From Mobula hypostoma (Eukaryota), in NCBI RefSeq assembly GCF_963921235.1, contig NC_086097.1:173974001-174038000 (forward strand): a DNA stretch of 64,000 nucleotides. The letters run 5' to 3'. The notes under the pieces were generated by a model. It was not told the DNA's origin. It did not search any database and saw only the letters and a list, made by a program, of their open reading frames with translations. Below, piece by piece: positions 24,986-35,893 of the stretch. Both the position numbers and the translations under genes were made by a program. Positions within the stretch are counted from its first letter, which is position 1. Each line of letters opens with the position of its first letter.

Positions 24986-26459
24986 ACCTATGCTTGCTCT
25001 CATTTATTGGAACAAGCTTGTTCAAGTGACTGATAATATTTTACAAATGTTGTTTTGAAAATCTTTGCATCACTAATCTTAAATTGACTCACTAGTAACA
25101 GCTAAGCTTACCCTTTGTTTTTTGAAAATTCAAAATGTACGTTGTAAACACAAAGTCCCGAAGCCTTCCTTTTTGATCCATTCTCCTTTGCTTCCTCCTG
25201 CTCAGCTTATTTTAAATAAATTGCAAAAGCATTTCACCTGTATCAAAATTACAGATTTGGAAACTTTCCTGCTGTGTTGCATTGTGTCAAATTTCCTTGG
25301 GAAAATCCAAATGATATTTTTTCCCTTTCATCTGGCTATCTCCTGAAAGCTTCATATGGCATTTATGTGCCTGGGAAGGTTTGTATTCAGCTGCCCCCAA
25401 GGCACTTGGGCCACAAGTTTCAGCAGAGAAAAAATCCTCTTTAAACTCATACTGCTCCTCTATTGCTCATACGCTTTGGATGTTCTCAAATTAAGGACAA
25501 TTATAAACATTGAATTGCGTTCATTCAAAACTAGTGAATATTTGCTCTTTGTCTTTTCAATTGTTTCTCTTCATTGTAATGAACAAAATTGTATTCATTG
25601 GGGCAGAGAATTGCACACAGCACATATGTTTATGAGGAATCCAACATTGGAGCACATATAGTGAAACCCAGCACAGAGCTAGTTCTACCCCATTAGGCCA
25701 GGGTACAGGTAAATGCAATCGGTAGCCAATACAATAATGCAAAGCATGCAACCAGCTACTGTATAAGTCAGGAAAGGTCAAAATAATCACTGATTGTTTT
25801 AGTCCAGTAATATGCTTGAATCAGCCAATTTGATAAGACTCCATTGAAGAATGGTGTGTTAAAAATAAGTTATGAGCTGTTGTTCAAGCTAAGCAATACC
25901 AAATAGGAGACTTTATAATTGAGCTGACCTCAAGACAAGGCTGCAAGTCACAGCAAGAAAAATAATTCATAATTCTGTTCATAAGGATCTGAAAATAGAT
26001 TAGCTTTTTCAATGCTTTATTTAACTGGAAGCCAGGATAACATGACAAGCACAGAGATAGTAGGTTCTTTCATTGACACAGACAACCAGAGCATAGAGGT
26101 AAGGGTTTGGATGATAATTTCAAAAGTGAATAAGTTCAATATTAGAAGAGTTGAAATAGGTAGACTTAATATAGGCACAGGAATGAACTCTCAAATTCAA
26201 CTTGAGGTCAAAATGTCATCAAGTTTGCTTCCATTCTATCAGAAAGTAACTGCTGGAATCATTACATAGATGAAGATCTTGCATATTTTTATTTCCAACA
26301 GGTTTTGTGTTCATCAATTCTCAAGTTTGAGAGAATAAGAATTAACATTACAGTCAAATTATCTTTGTGTAACTAAAGTAGTCAACATTCTCAACAGCAG
26401 ATCATCACAGACATAAAACAGTGTAAGAGAAAACACATTAAATCAGAATGTAGTTATTA

Positions 26460-27545
26460 AGAGCACAAGAGATTCTGCAGTGCTGGAAATCCAAAGCAAC
26501 ACATACAAAATGCTGGAGGAACTTAACAGATCAGGCAGCACCTATAGAAATGAGTAAACAGTCTCTTCACCAAGACCCTTCATCAGGACTAGAAAGAAGG
26601 GGGATAGAAACCAGAAAAAGAAGGGGAGGGGAGGGGAAGGAATACAAGCTAAGGATAATAGCTGAAGTTTGCCCACCTGGCTTCCCCTATTACCTTTTAG
26701 GTTATGCTTCTTACCCTCCTCTTATTCTAGCTTCTTCCCCCATCCTTTTAAGTCCTGAAGAAGGGGCTCAGCCAGAAACATTGACTTTATTTATTTCCGT
26801 AGATACTGCCTAACATCTACAGGAAGGGGAGAGAAGATGGCGGCGCAACGACAGTGCGCGCGGCCACTTCGGTGATGAATATCTGTTATTTGTCAAGTAG
26901 GGGACCGTGCACAATCCTCATTAAATGGAGACAGACGTGAGAGCACAGCAGAACATCTGGAAAACTTCTGAAATGCCTGCTTTGCTACTGTGTGGTAACC
27001 GGAATCTCCGGAGCTGAAGGCCCCGAAATCCTCGGCTTTGCGTGTTTCAGCGGCCGGGAAGAGGTCGAAGGCGTTCGGCAGAGGATAGCGCTTGGGAGGC
27101 TGTATCGGAGAGGCTGCTGGGAAGCTCGGATTTTTCAGACGGATGGAGTCAGGGTCGGTTGTGGTCAGCTTCTTCCAAGGTATCGGCAAGTTGACGGTGC
27201 CTGGAGGTTTATGGCAGGGAGTTTCTCCCTTGTGCCGCCTGCTATCGGGGACTCGGGAATCGATCGACTCGGGACTTTGAGAATTTTTTTACTGTGCCTA
27301 TGGTCTGTTCTTTATCAAATTATGGTATTGCTTTGCACTGCTGTAACTATATGTTATAATTATGTGGTTCTGTCAGTGTTAGTCTTTGGTCTGTCTTGTT
27401 TTCTGTGATATCACTCCGGAGAAACATTGTATCATTTCTCAACGCATGTATGTATTTCTAAATGACAATAAAAGAGGACTGAGTGTTCTCATAATCTAAT
27501 CTAACCTGCTGGCATCCTCCAATATTTTGTATGTGTTACTCTGTG
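26460..27545. mobile_element. Inverted pair of Penelope pseudo-LTR remnants, with a ~690-bp element inserted at 26814-27504
   Basis: cacaagagattctgcag..gctggaaatccaaagcaacac (minus-oriented end) and agtcctgaagaagggg..gaaacattgact..gatactgcctaa|cctgctgg (plus-oriented end). Confidence 0.75.
26814..27504 (+). mobile_element. Short non-coding non-autonomous retroelement (YY1-motif 5' end, LINE-like 3' end with (ATCTA)n tail)
   Basis: Cleanly splits the Penelope sequence gatactgcctaa|cctgctgg; AAGATGGCGGC at 26834-26844; CpG-rich body; gacaataaaa signal and ataatctaatctaa tail. Confidence 0.65.
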
Positions 27546-28079
27546 GCTATTAGGACATGACAAACTAAGATTTCAGGGCTATAAAAGAAAGCAATTACTT
27601 ATCATTTATTGGGTCCATAGTTATGAGATAGAGAGAAATAACATGAGAAAAAATATGATTGAAGTTTATTCCTACACAGGCTACAGAGAATATATGAGTA
27701 AACGGTGCTTTTGGAACTTAACATGAACTGCAATGCAAATCTAAGAGTTAGCTTGATCAAGAAAAGGATTGCAAAAGGAATGGAGAGATATGTCAAGTTG
27801 CCAAGAAAACTATGAAAACTATTTAATTTCACATGGGGAAAATGCACTTGAGTAGCAGCTGAATCCCACTTGAAGTGTGTTTTTTGTTTATTGCTGCCTT
27901 ATTGACAGTCAGGCAAATCAGTTAGGAAGGGGGAACAGTCACTGGGAAATTCATAAACATCAGTTTTGGACACAACATTGGATCTTCCTATGGTGACGGT
28001 GATCATTCTTGGTCTCTGCATTTGTTGGATCTTTACATTAGAATGTAGGCTAATATGTTGATATCAATTTGGATGCTTC

Positions 28080-28345
28080 AGTTGTGGATCAGTTGGTATC
28101 TCTCTTAACTATAAGCCAGAAGGAGCCAGGTTTATATTCTGCTCCAGTTGTCTTGAGCACAAAAACTTAAACTGACACACCTGTGCAGTTTTGAAGGAGT
28201 ACTGCTTTGTTGGATGTGTAGTCTTGTAGATGAGATGTTAATTCAATATTTCCTATGTCCTCTGAGGATAGACATAAAAAATTCCCTTGCACTAATTCAA
28301 AGAACAGAGGAGTTATCCTTGCTATTCCAGGCAACTTAATCCCTT
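28080..28345 (+). mobile_element. Deu-domain SINE (SacSINE1/AmnSINE1-like), degenerate
   Basis: ctgacacacctgtgcagttttgaaggagtactgc..tcttgtagatgagatgttaa..gacataaaaattcccttgcacta..aagaacagaggagttatcc follows the Deu-SINE core as I recall it. Confidence 0.6.
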
Positions 28346-28389
28346 GAATATCAAATGAATATTATGGTGGTGTTGTTTATTTCGGACCT

Positions 28390-29600
28390 TAAACACAAGA
28401 GATTTTGCAGATACTGGAAATCCAGAGCAAAACACACAAAATGATGGAGGAGCTCGCAGGTCAAGCAGCATCTATGAAGCAAGAAGCCAGGAGGCAATAG
28501 GTGGAAGAGGCTACCAGACAGGGCCATTTTGTCGAGCACCCTTGCTCCATCTGCCACCCATTTTAAATTATACTTCCCATTCCCATTCTGACATGTTGGT
28601 CTATGGTCTGCTCCACTGCCACGATTTGCCCACTCTCAGCTTGGAGGAGCAACACCTTATATTCACTCTGGGTGGCCTCCAACCTGACAGCATGAATATT
28701 GATTTCTCTAATTTCCAGTAAATTCTCCCCCTCCCCCTTCTCTCTTTTTTATTCCCGATCTGGCTTCCCTCTAAGAAAAGATGTGCTGACATTGGAGAAG
28801 ATCCAGAGAGGTTCACGAGAATGATTCTGGGAATGAAAGGATTAATGTATGAGGAACATTTGACGGCTTTGAGCCTGCACTTGCTGGAGATTAGTAAAAT
28901 GAGGAGGGATCTTATTGAAACCTATCAAATATTGAAAGGCCTAATTTGTGGTGGATGTGGAGAGGAAGTTTCCTACAGTGGGCGAGCCTAAGACCAGAGG
29001 GCACAGCCACAGAATAGAGGGATGTCCATTTAAAATAGACATGAGAATAAGAATTTCTTTATCCAGAGATTAATATATCTGTGTAATTCATTGCCATGGA
29101 CGGCTGTGGAGACCAAGTTATTGAGTATATTTAAAGTGGAGGTGGAAAGTTCTTGATTAGTCAGGGCATCAAAGGCTACAGTGATGAAGGCAGGAGAATG
29201 GGGTTGAGAAGGATAATAAGTCAGCTCTGATTGAATGGAGCATACTCAAAGGACTGAATGGCCTAATTATTGTGCTCTTCTCACCTGCCCTCATGTTCTT
29301 CTGCTGCCTCCCTGCCATCCCATGATGCACTCTCCTACCAGGTTCCTTCATCTTCAGCCCTTTATGTTTTCCACTTATCACCTCCCAGATTCTCAGTTCA
29401 ACGCCTGCACCTGGCTTCACCTATCACCTGCCAGTTTGTACTCCTACCCCAACCGCCTTCTTATTCTGACTTCTTCCCCCTTTCTTTCCAGTCCTGAAGA
29501 AGCTTCTCGGCCAGAAACGTCGACTGTTTATTCCCCTCCATAGATGCTGCCTAACCTGCTGAGTTCCTCCAGCAATTTTCGTGTGCTATTTGAGACGTTG
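28390..29600. mobile_element. Penelope remnant (GIY-YIG end plus pseudo-LTR) interrupted by a CR1 3' fragment (~28772-29280, plus)
   Basis: ttggaggagcaacaccttatattc..ctccaacctgacagcatgaatattgatttctc matches the Penelope C-terminus (LEEQHLIF..LQPDGMNIDFSNF); pseudo-LTR with hammerhead at 29490-29525. Confidence 0.8.
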
Positions 29601-30300
29601 CTGTGTTTCTTAAATTACAACAGTAATTACAATTTACATGTAATTTCTTGCTTGTAAAACACTTCAGAGCACCATTCAAGATTGCCATATAAATGTAAGT
29701 CATTTTGTGAACCAGCAACAAGCAATTGTACCTAATTTTCAGTTCTGTTAAGTGCAACCGTTCGTAAAATGCAGTTGATTTACCTACTGAGTTTTACACT
29801 CAGTTGAAAGTCTAACCCAACATTTTCAAAAGTTTTATTTGGAGAAGGAGTTTTTGATAGAGCTGGAGACCCCTAAAATGACTTCGGGTAGCCATATGCA
29901 CATTTGGATAAAAGATGGCAATAAACAATGATTTAACTATAACTCCACACTACAAGTGGGTTGCAGCTGTTGCTCAAGTGGAAGAAAATAGTTGCAATTG
30001 TGCCAAGTGAAATATTGAGTTGTTGTTAATCTGTGATAAATAAAATCTGGAATTAGAGAAGAATAAGGGGTTATATAAACTACATTATGGCTACATTATT
30101 AGGTACGCCTGTACACCTGCTTGCTAATACAAATATCTAATCAGCCAATCATGTGGCAGCAACTCAATACATAAAAACATGCAGAGTGAGTCAAGAAGTT
30201 TAGTTGTTGTTCAAACCAAACATCAGAATAGGGAAAACATGTGATATAAGTGACTTTGACCATGGAATGATCGTTGGTGCCAAACGGGATGATTTGAGTA

Positions 30301-32389
30301 TGTCATAAGGGGGCATCGGGAGCGGACCCAAATGCAAGACACAGACACTGAAGTACTGGGAACTGGACTGGACTAGAGTTAGGGATGGGACTGGACTCAG
30401 GCAAGAGGCCCGACTAGGAACAGGGACACAGATTTGGGCTAGGACTTTGGCTAGGAAAGCGGGACCAGGACAAGGAACTGGGAACTAAGAGCCTGGGTGT
30501 GGCCTCCGAGCCAGTGACTGGACAAGGACCCAGAACCTGGGTCTTGACTGGGGCTCGGACCCCGGAACTAGGCGAGGATATGACGTGGCTATAGGACTGG
30601 ACATGTCTTGGGTTCTTCGAGGCTTGACTACGGGACTAGGCGAGGCTTGGGTATGGACACCGAGCCAGAGACTGGGCAAGGACCCAGAACCTAGGTCTAG
30701 ACTGGGACTCAGACCCCGGAACTATGCGAGGACTTGACATGGCTATAGGACTCGTCAAGGTTGGGGATCGTCAAGGCTGGGGCAGAGAACAGACCTGCCT
30801 CAGTGTAATGGAAAGACAGTCTGGCTTACCCCACAGAGGCGAGGACGGATCCAACTGCAGGTTAACGGCAAGCAACACATATCAAAGTTGCTGGTGAACG
30901 CAGCAGGCCAGGCAGCATCTCTAGGAAGAGGTACAGTCGACCTTTCAGGCCGAAACCCTTCGTCAGGACGAACTGAAGGAAGAGTTAGTAAGAGATTTGA
31001 AAGTGGGAGGGGGAGGGAGAGATCTAAAATGATAGGAGAAGACAGGAGGGGGAGGGATGGAGCCAAGAGCTGGACAGGTGATTGGTAAAGGGGATACGAG
31101 AGGATCATGGGACAGGAGGTCTGGGAAGAAAGACAAGGGGAGGGGAACCCAGAGGATGGGCAAGGGGTATAGTCAGAGGGACAGAGGGAGAAAAAGGAGA
31201 GTCAGAGAAAGAATGTGTGTATAAAAATAAATAACAGATGGGGTACGAGGGGGAGGTGGGGCATTAGCGGAAGTTAGAGAAGTCAATGTTCATGCCATCA
31301 GGTTGGAGGGTACCCAGACGGAATATAAGGTGTTGTTCCTCCAACCTGAGTGTGACTTCATCTTTACAGTAGAGGAGGCCGTGGATAGACATGTCAGAAT
31401 GGGATGTGGAATTAAAATGTGTGGCCACTGGGAGATCCTGCTTTCTCTGGCGGACAGAGCATAGGTGTTCAGCAAAGCGGTCTCCCAGTCTGCGTCGGGT
31501 CTCGCCAATATATAGAAGGCCACATCGGGAGCACTGGATGCAGTATATCACCCCAACCGACTCACAGGTGAAGTGTTGCCTCACCTGGAGGACTGTTTGG
31601 GGCCCTGAATGGTGGTAAGGGAGGAAGTGTAAGGGCATGTGCAGCACTTGTTCCGCTTACAAGGATAAGTGCCAGGAGGGAGATCAGTGGGGAGGGATGG
31701 GGGGGGCCGAATGGACAAGGGAGTCGCGTAGGGAGCGATCCCTGCGGAAAGCAAGGGGGGGGAGGGAAAGATGTGCTTAGTGGTGGGATCCCATTGGAGG
31801 TGGCGGAAGTTACAGAGAATAATATGTTGGACCCGGAGGCTGGTGGGTTGGTAGGTGAGGACCAGGGGAACCCTATTCCTAGTGGGGTGGCGGGAGGATG
31901 GAGTGAGAGCAGATGTACATGAAATGGGGGAGATGCGTTTGAGAGCAGAGTTGATAGTGGAGGAAGGGAAGCCCCTTGGACAGCCTGACTTACCCCACGG
32001 AGGCAAGGACAGGAAGGGAGCTCAATCTGGGGTGGGTCCGAGTCTCGGGGTGGCCAGCAACCTTGGCTGGCTACGGAAACAGCCAAATCCATATCATGAT
32101 GATTGCTCCGACTAGAGACAACAAGGCTCCATGAAGCAGTGGTCCTCCAACCAGGCCTAGAGATCACAAATGGCTGCTCTAGCCTTCCACCAGCGGGTTG
32201 CTCCAAGGTGATACTGACAAGACAAACCAGCACCCACACTTGATCCCAGAGCCACTTATATTCCCAGCCCCAAGAGGAGCGTTAGGTGTCTATGATTAAG
32301 CCCAAATGAAACAAGGGACAGTCGGATGACCTGGAGTCCACGGACTGGACCGTGAACCGGAATGCAGCTTCACGGAGCGGACCATGACA
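30301..32389. mobile_element. Solo LTR (TGTCAT...ATGACA), same family as 47275-48401 but opposite orientation; contains a Penelope insertion
   Basis: TG..CA termini; perfect 5-bp TSD GAGTA (30296-30300 / 32390-32394); termini are the reverse complement of those of 47275-48401. Confidence 0.85.
30868..31976 (-). mobile_element. Penelope-like element 3' fragment (GIY-YIG endonuclease plus pseudo-LTR)
   Basis: ORF 31264-31647 FTCESVGVIYCIQCSRCGLLYIGETRRRLGDRFAEHL..LQPDGMNIDFSNF; upstream RGFPSSTI..RVPLVLTY..GTYPCKRNKCCTC; hammerhead motif at 30935-30970. Confidence 0.92.
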
Positions 32390-33385
32390 GAGTATCTCTG
32401 AAACTGTTGGCATCCTGGGATTCCCACGCACAACAGTCTCTGGAGTTTACAAAGAATAGTGTGAAAAACGAAAAAACATCTAGTGAGTAGCAGTTCTGTG
32501 GGCGAAAATGCCTTATTAATGAGAGAGATCAAAAGAGAATGCCGAAACTGGTTTAAGCTGACTGAAAGGCAACAGTAACTCAAATAACTAAGTGTTACAA
32601 CTGTGGTGTGCAGAAAAGCACCTCTGAATGGACAACACATCGAACCTTAAAGTGGATGAGCTACAACAGCAGAAGGCCACAAACATACACTCAGTGGCCA
32701 CTTTATTAGGAGGGCATACCTAATAAGGTGACCGCTGAGGGTATATTAGTGAATTGAAGATACCAGGAGATATTTGTGTTAGTACTGTTGTTATTGCAGT
32801 TTCCTCAACATGCAAATACTTCTTGGCTTGATAACTGACAAGTCATATTTGTGCTCTGCAAACGTGCATGACTATTAAAAACACTAGGCACTTTCATTTA
32901 TATTCAACCTAACCATCAGTCTTCAGTCATCAGCTTGACTTTGACCAAAACTTGATATTTCAACCACAAATTATATGGCCATTAGGACAAGTCAAAGACA
33001 GGTATTTTGTATTAACTGTCTCACCTCCTAATTTCTGAAGACCATTTGCCATCTGTGAGTTATATCCGCAGCTTGACAGAATACTGACTTGGATGTGTAT
33101 GCGCACTTGTTCCCTTAATTTTCACAAGATCAATTTGTTTGTGTTTTCTGTCTCATGGCATTATGGATGCACCTTCAATTTAGTACGTTGGCACACCAAC
33201 AACAACATAATTCCAAACAACACAGGCGGCCTTTTAGTCCATTGAGTTTACGCTGACATTTGGTGCAATCTCAATACTACTGAAAGTCAATAAATGATGG
33301 GAAATTAATACTGGCCCTAACAACAGCACCATAACCTGAAAAGTTATTTGTACATGTAGATGCTCTATCTTTGTAATGAGTTGTA

Positions 33386-35893
33386 ATTGTACTAAATAAA
33401 CAAATTTTGGCCAACTTTCTCTAGCCTGAAGATAGTGATTTTTCATTTCCAAAAACTACATTTGTGGTAGGTCGTACCTGTTGCCAATTAGTGAATTCAT
33501 TCTCTTTGCCTAATGTGGTATGCATGATGCCGATCTAAGACATGTCATAAGGTGCACGTGTTCTTCAACTTGTGCTCCAGTTCCTCCTTGCCCTCAAGTC
33601 AACCATCAACATTCACACAGTGCCCAAAGATTCAGGAAATCAGCAAATCACTCAACAAACATCTTCATAGATGGCTGCAACATGGATAATGCTTTCTCGG
33701 TCACCTTCTCTCTCAGCTGATTTTACTAGATGATTGTTTTGGCCTAAATGATATTGACTGTTAGTTTCACCAGCAGTATTCTGTGTAATTTATAAGATTT
33801 TAATGAGCTTTTTACCAAAAGAATAATTATATTTAGTGTACTGTCTGATAATAATGGAATGTGATGATAATTAAAATAACACGTTGCATAAGAATACAAA
33901 TCTATCCATTCATGGTGATTTGCCAGTTTTGATTTTGTCATCAATAGAAAACATGGAAAGAACAGTTAAACGTGTGCATCAATTTGGCAGTTGTGTGTGG
34001 CCAGATTTAAAGCAGTATACCGGATTAACTGTTCACTCTGGAAGTGTAGATGAAAAGGAAAATATATTATTACAATAAAATTTGTGTACAAGGTTTAATA
34101 ACCAATTCTCAGTTTAGTCTGTCTGTATTGCAAGAAGGAAGATGATTAAAATATCAAAGTAAAGATTTAAGCATTTCCTTTTGAAGACTATATACATCAA
34201 CAGTATTTAGAATCTTTAAAAAGAATGTTGCAGTTGGAAGGCTCAGTTACGTTTGGAAAACATAAAGAGAACAGTTAAATTCTATCAGTGCCAGATGTTC
34301 TTTAACAGCTGGAAGACTAGTGCACAAACACCAAAAGTACTGGATCTGTTTATAATTGCTGTAATATAATATACTGCAAGTAATGATCTCGACCCAAATA
34401 TATTTTTGTGTAAATTTAAAATCAGTGGTTATGTGCCTTGTGATTTCCTTAGATCTGTAAACCTTTGATTGGGACTTTTATATTACTTTAAAGTCTAAAC
34501 AGTGTGACTAATGAAGTCTTTCAAATATTGATGGTTTCAGTGCACACTTTCTGATTTAAAACCCTGTAAAGTACTGTTACAGATGCATTGGTTGTTATAT
34601 TATTGGATGTGTGCAGATATAATTTCCATTTTTGGTGCAGTTGGGAAATTGTGCCAAATTATGCTAGTTAGGTTACAGCTCAAGTTTCCACAAAATTTTA
34701 TTTGCATAATGACATACATAATATTTATATGAACCAGAGCAATTCAGGGAATATGACTGAATGTAATTATTTTTTCTACTCTGTTCAAAGGTATTGCTGA
34801 ATGTTTTTATAAGTCTTAAGCTGGACATTTATCAATAAAAAATGTGTTTTTCAATGAAAATGTCTTTCCAATAGAGTGCCACAGTAGCATTATGGTTAGC
34901 ATGATGCTATTGCAGCTCAGGGGTTCCAAAGTTTGGAGTTCAATTCTGGCATTGTCTGTAAGGAGTTTGTACATTCTCCTTGTGACAGAATGGGTTTCTT
35001 CCAGGTGCTCTGGTTTCCTCCCACAGTCCAGGATAGAAGGTTAATTAGTCATTGTAAATTATCCTGCAATTAGGCTTAGTGTTAAGAGGATCGCTCGGTG
35101 GTGCAGCTCATTGGCCCAGAAGGTCCTATTCCGCACTCTATCTCTACATAATAAATAAATAAAATAAGTGTTCAGTCTTCTATAATGAAGCCAATTAATT
35201 TTAAGCATACTGAAAACTGACATTGGAAGTAAAATTAAACTCAGCATTTAATGCATTCATTGAAGTAACCTTATAAATTTTTGTTATTTAATATTTGAAT
35301 AATTATTTTAAAACATATCTATTCATGTCTTACACCTAATAAATTTTGGATTTAGAATAAGTTTGTTCAGATAAGCTTTACTTTAACATAACATTTTTGA
35401 AATCTATTTTCAATACACTGGTAATATTAATCTTTTGAGTACAATTTAAATTGGGTAATCAATATAATGCATTTTAATATCACATGCCTTTAGGTCTTTA
35501 TCCATATAATCTTGATTTCAGTCAATATCATTCAGGCCAAAACAATCATTTAGTAAAGTCAGTTGAGAGAGAAGGTGACCAAGAAAGCATTATCCATGTT
35601 GCAGCCATCTATGAAGATGTTTGTGGAGTGATTTGCTGATTCCCTGAATCTTTGGGCACTGTGTGAATGTTGATGGTTGACTTGAGGGCAAGCAGGAACT
35701 GGAGCACAAGTTGAAGAACACGTGCACCCTATAACATGTCTTAGATTGGCATCATGCACACAACATTAGGCAAAGAGAATGAATTCACTAATTGGCAACA
35801 GGTACGACCTACCACAAATGTAGTTTTTGGAAATGAAAAATCACTATCTTCAGGCTAGAGAAAGTTGACTAAAGTTTGTTTATTTAATACAAT
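33386..35893. repeat. 375-bp inverted duplication (arms 33386-33760 and 35519-35893; spacer 1758 bp)
   Basis: Manual alignment shows 17 substitutions and no indels (~95% identity); both arms carry the near-identical 66-aa ORFs in the track. Confidence 0.95.
34873..35165 (+). mobile_element. tRNA-derived V-SINE (HE1-like)
   Basis: A/B-box-like head (gtagcattatggttagc..gagttcaattc) and V-domain gggtttcttccaggtgctctggtttcctcccacagtcc; (aata)n tail. Confidence 0.75.

Larger units (their letters stand above)
30081..32743 (+). mobile_element. Non-autonomous Tc1/mariner element (N-terminal HTH remnant), split by a solo LTR
   Basis: Joined halves translate to GKTCDISDFDHGMIVGAKRDDLSISETVGILGFPRTTVSGVYKE..KATVTQITKCYN..SEWTTHRTLKWMSYNSRRP; TIR family TACACTCAGTGGCCACTTTATTAGG at the ends (left copy decayed). 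Confidence 0.85.

Noticed and set aside
33520..35759. Twin 66-aa ORFs as a duplicated gene
   Set aside because: Shared only because of the recent inverted duplication; one copy lacks an ATG; no homology recognised.
33386..35893. DNA transposon with 375-bp TIRs
   Set aside because: No TSD (flanks gagttgta / ctaaaagg), no recognisable terminal motif and no transposase remnant; kept only as an inverted duplication.
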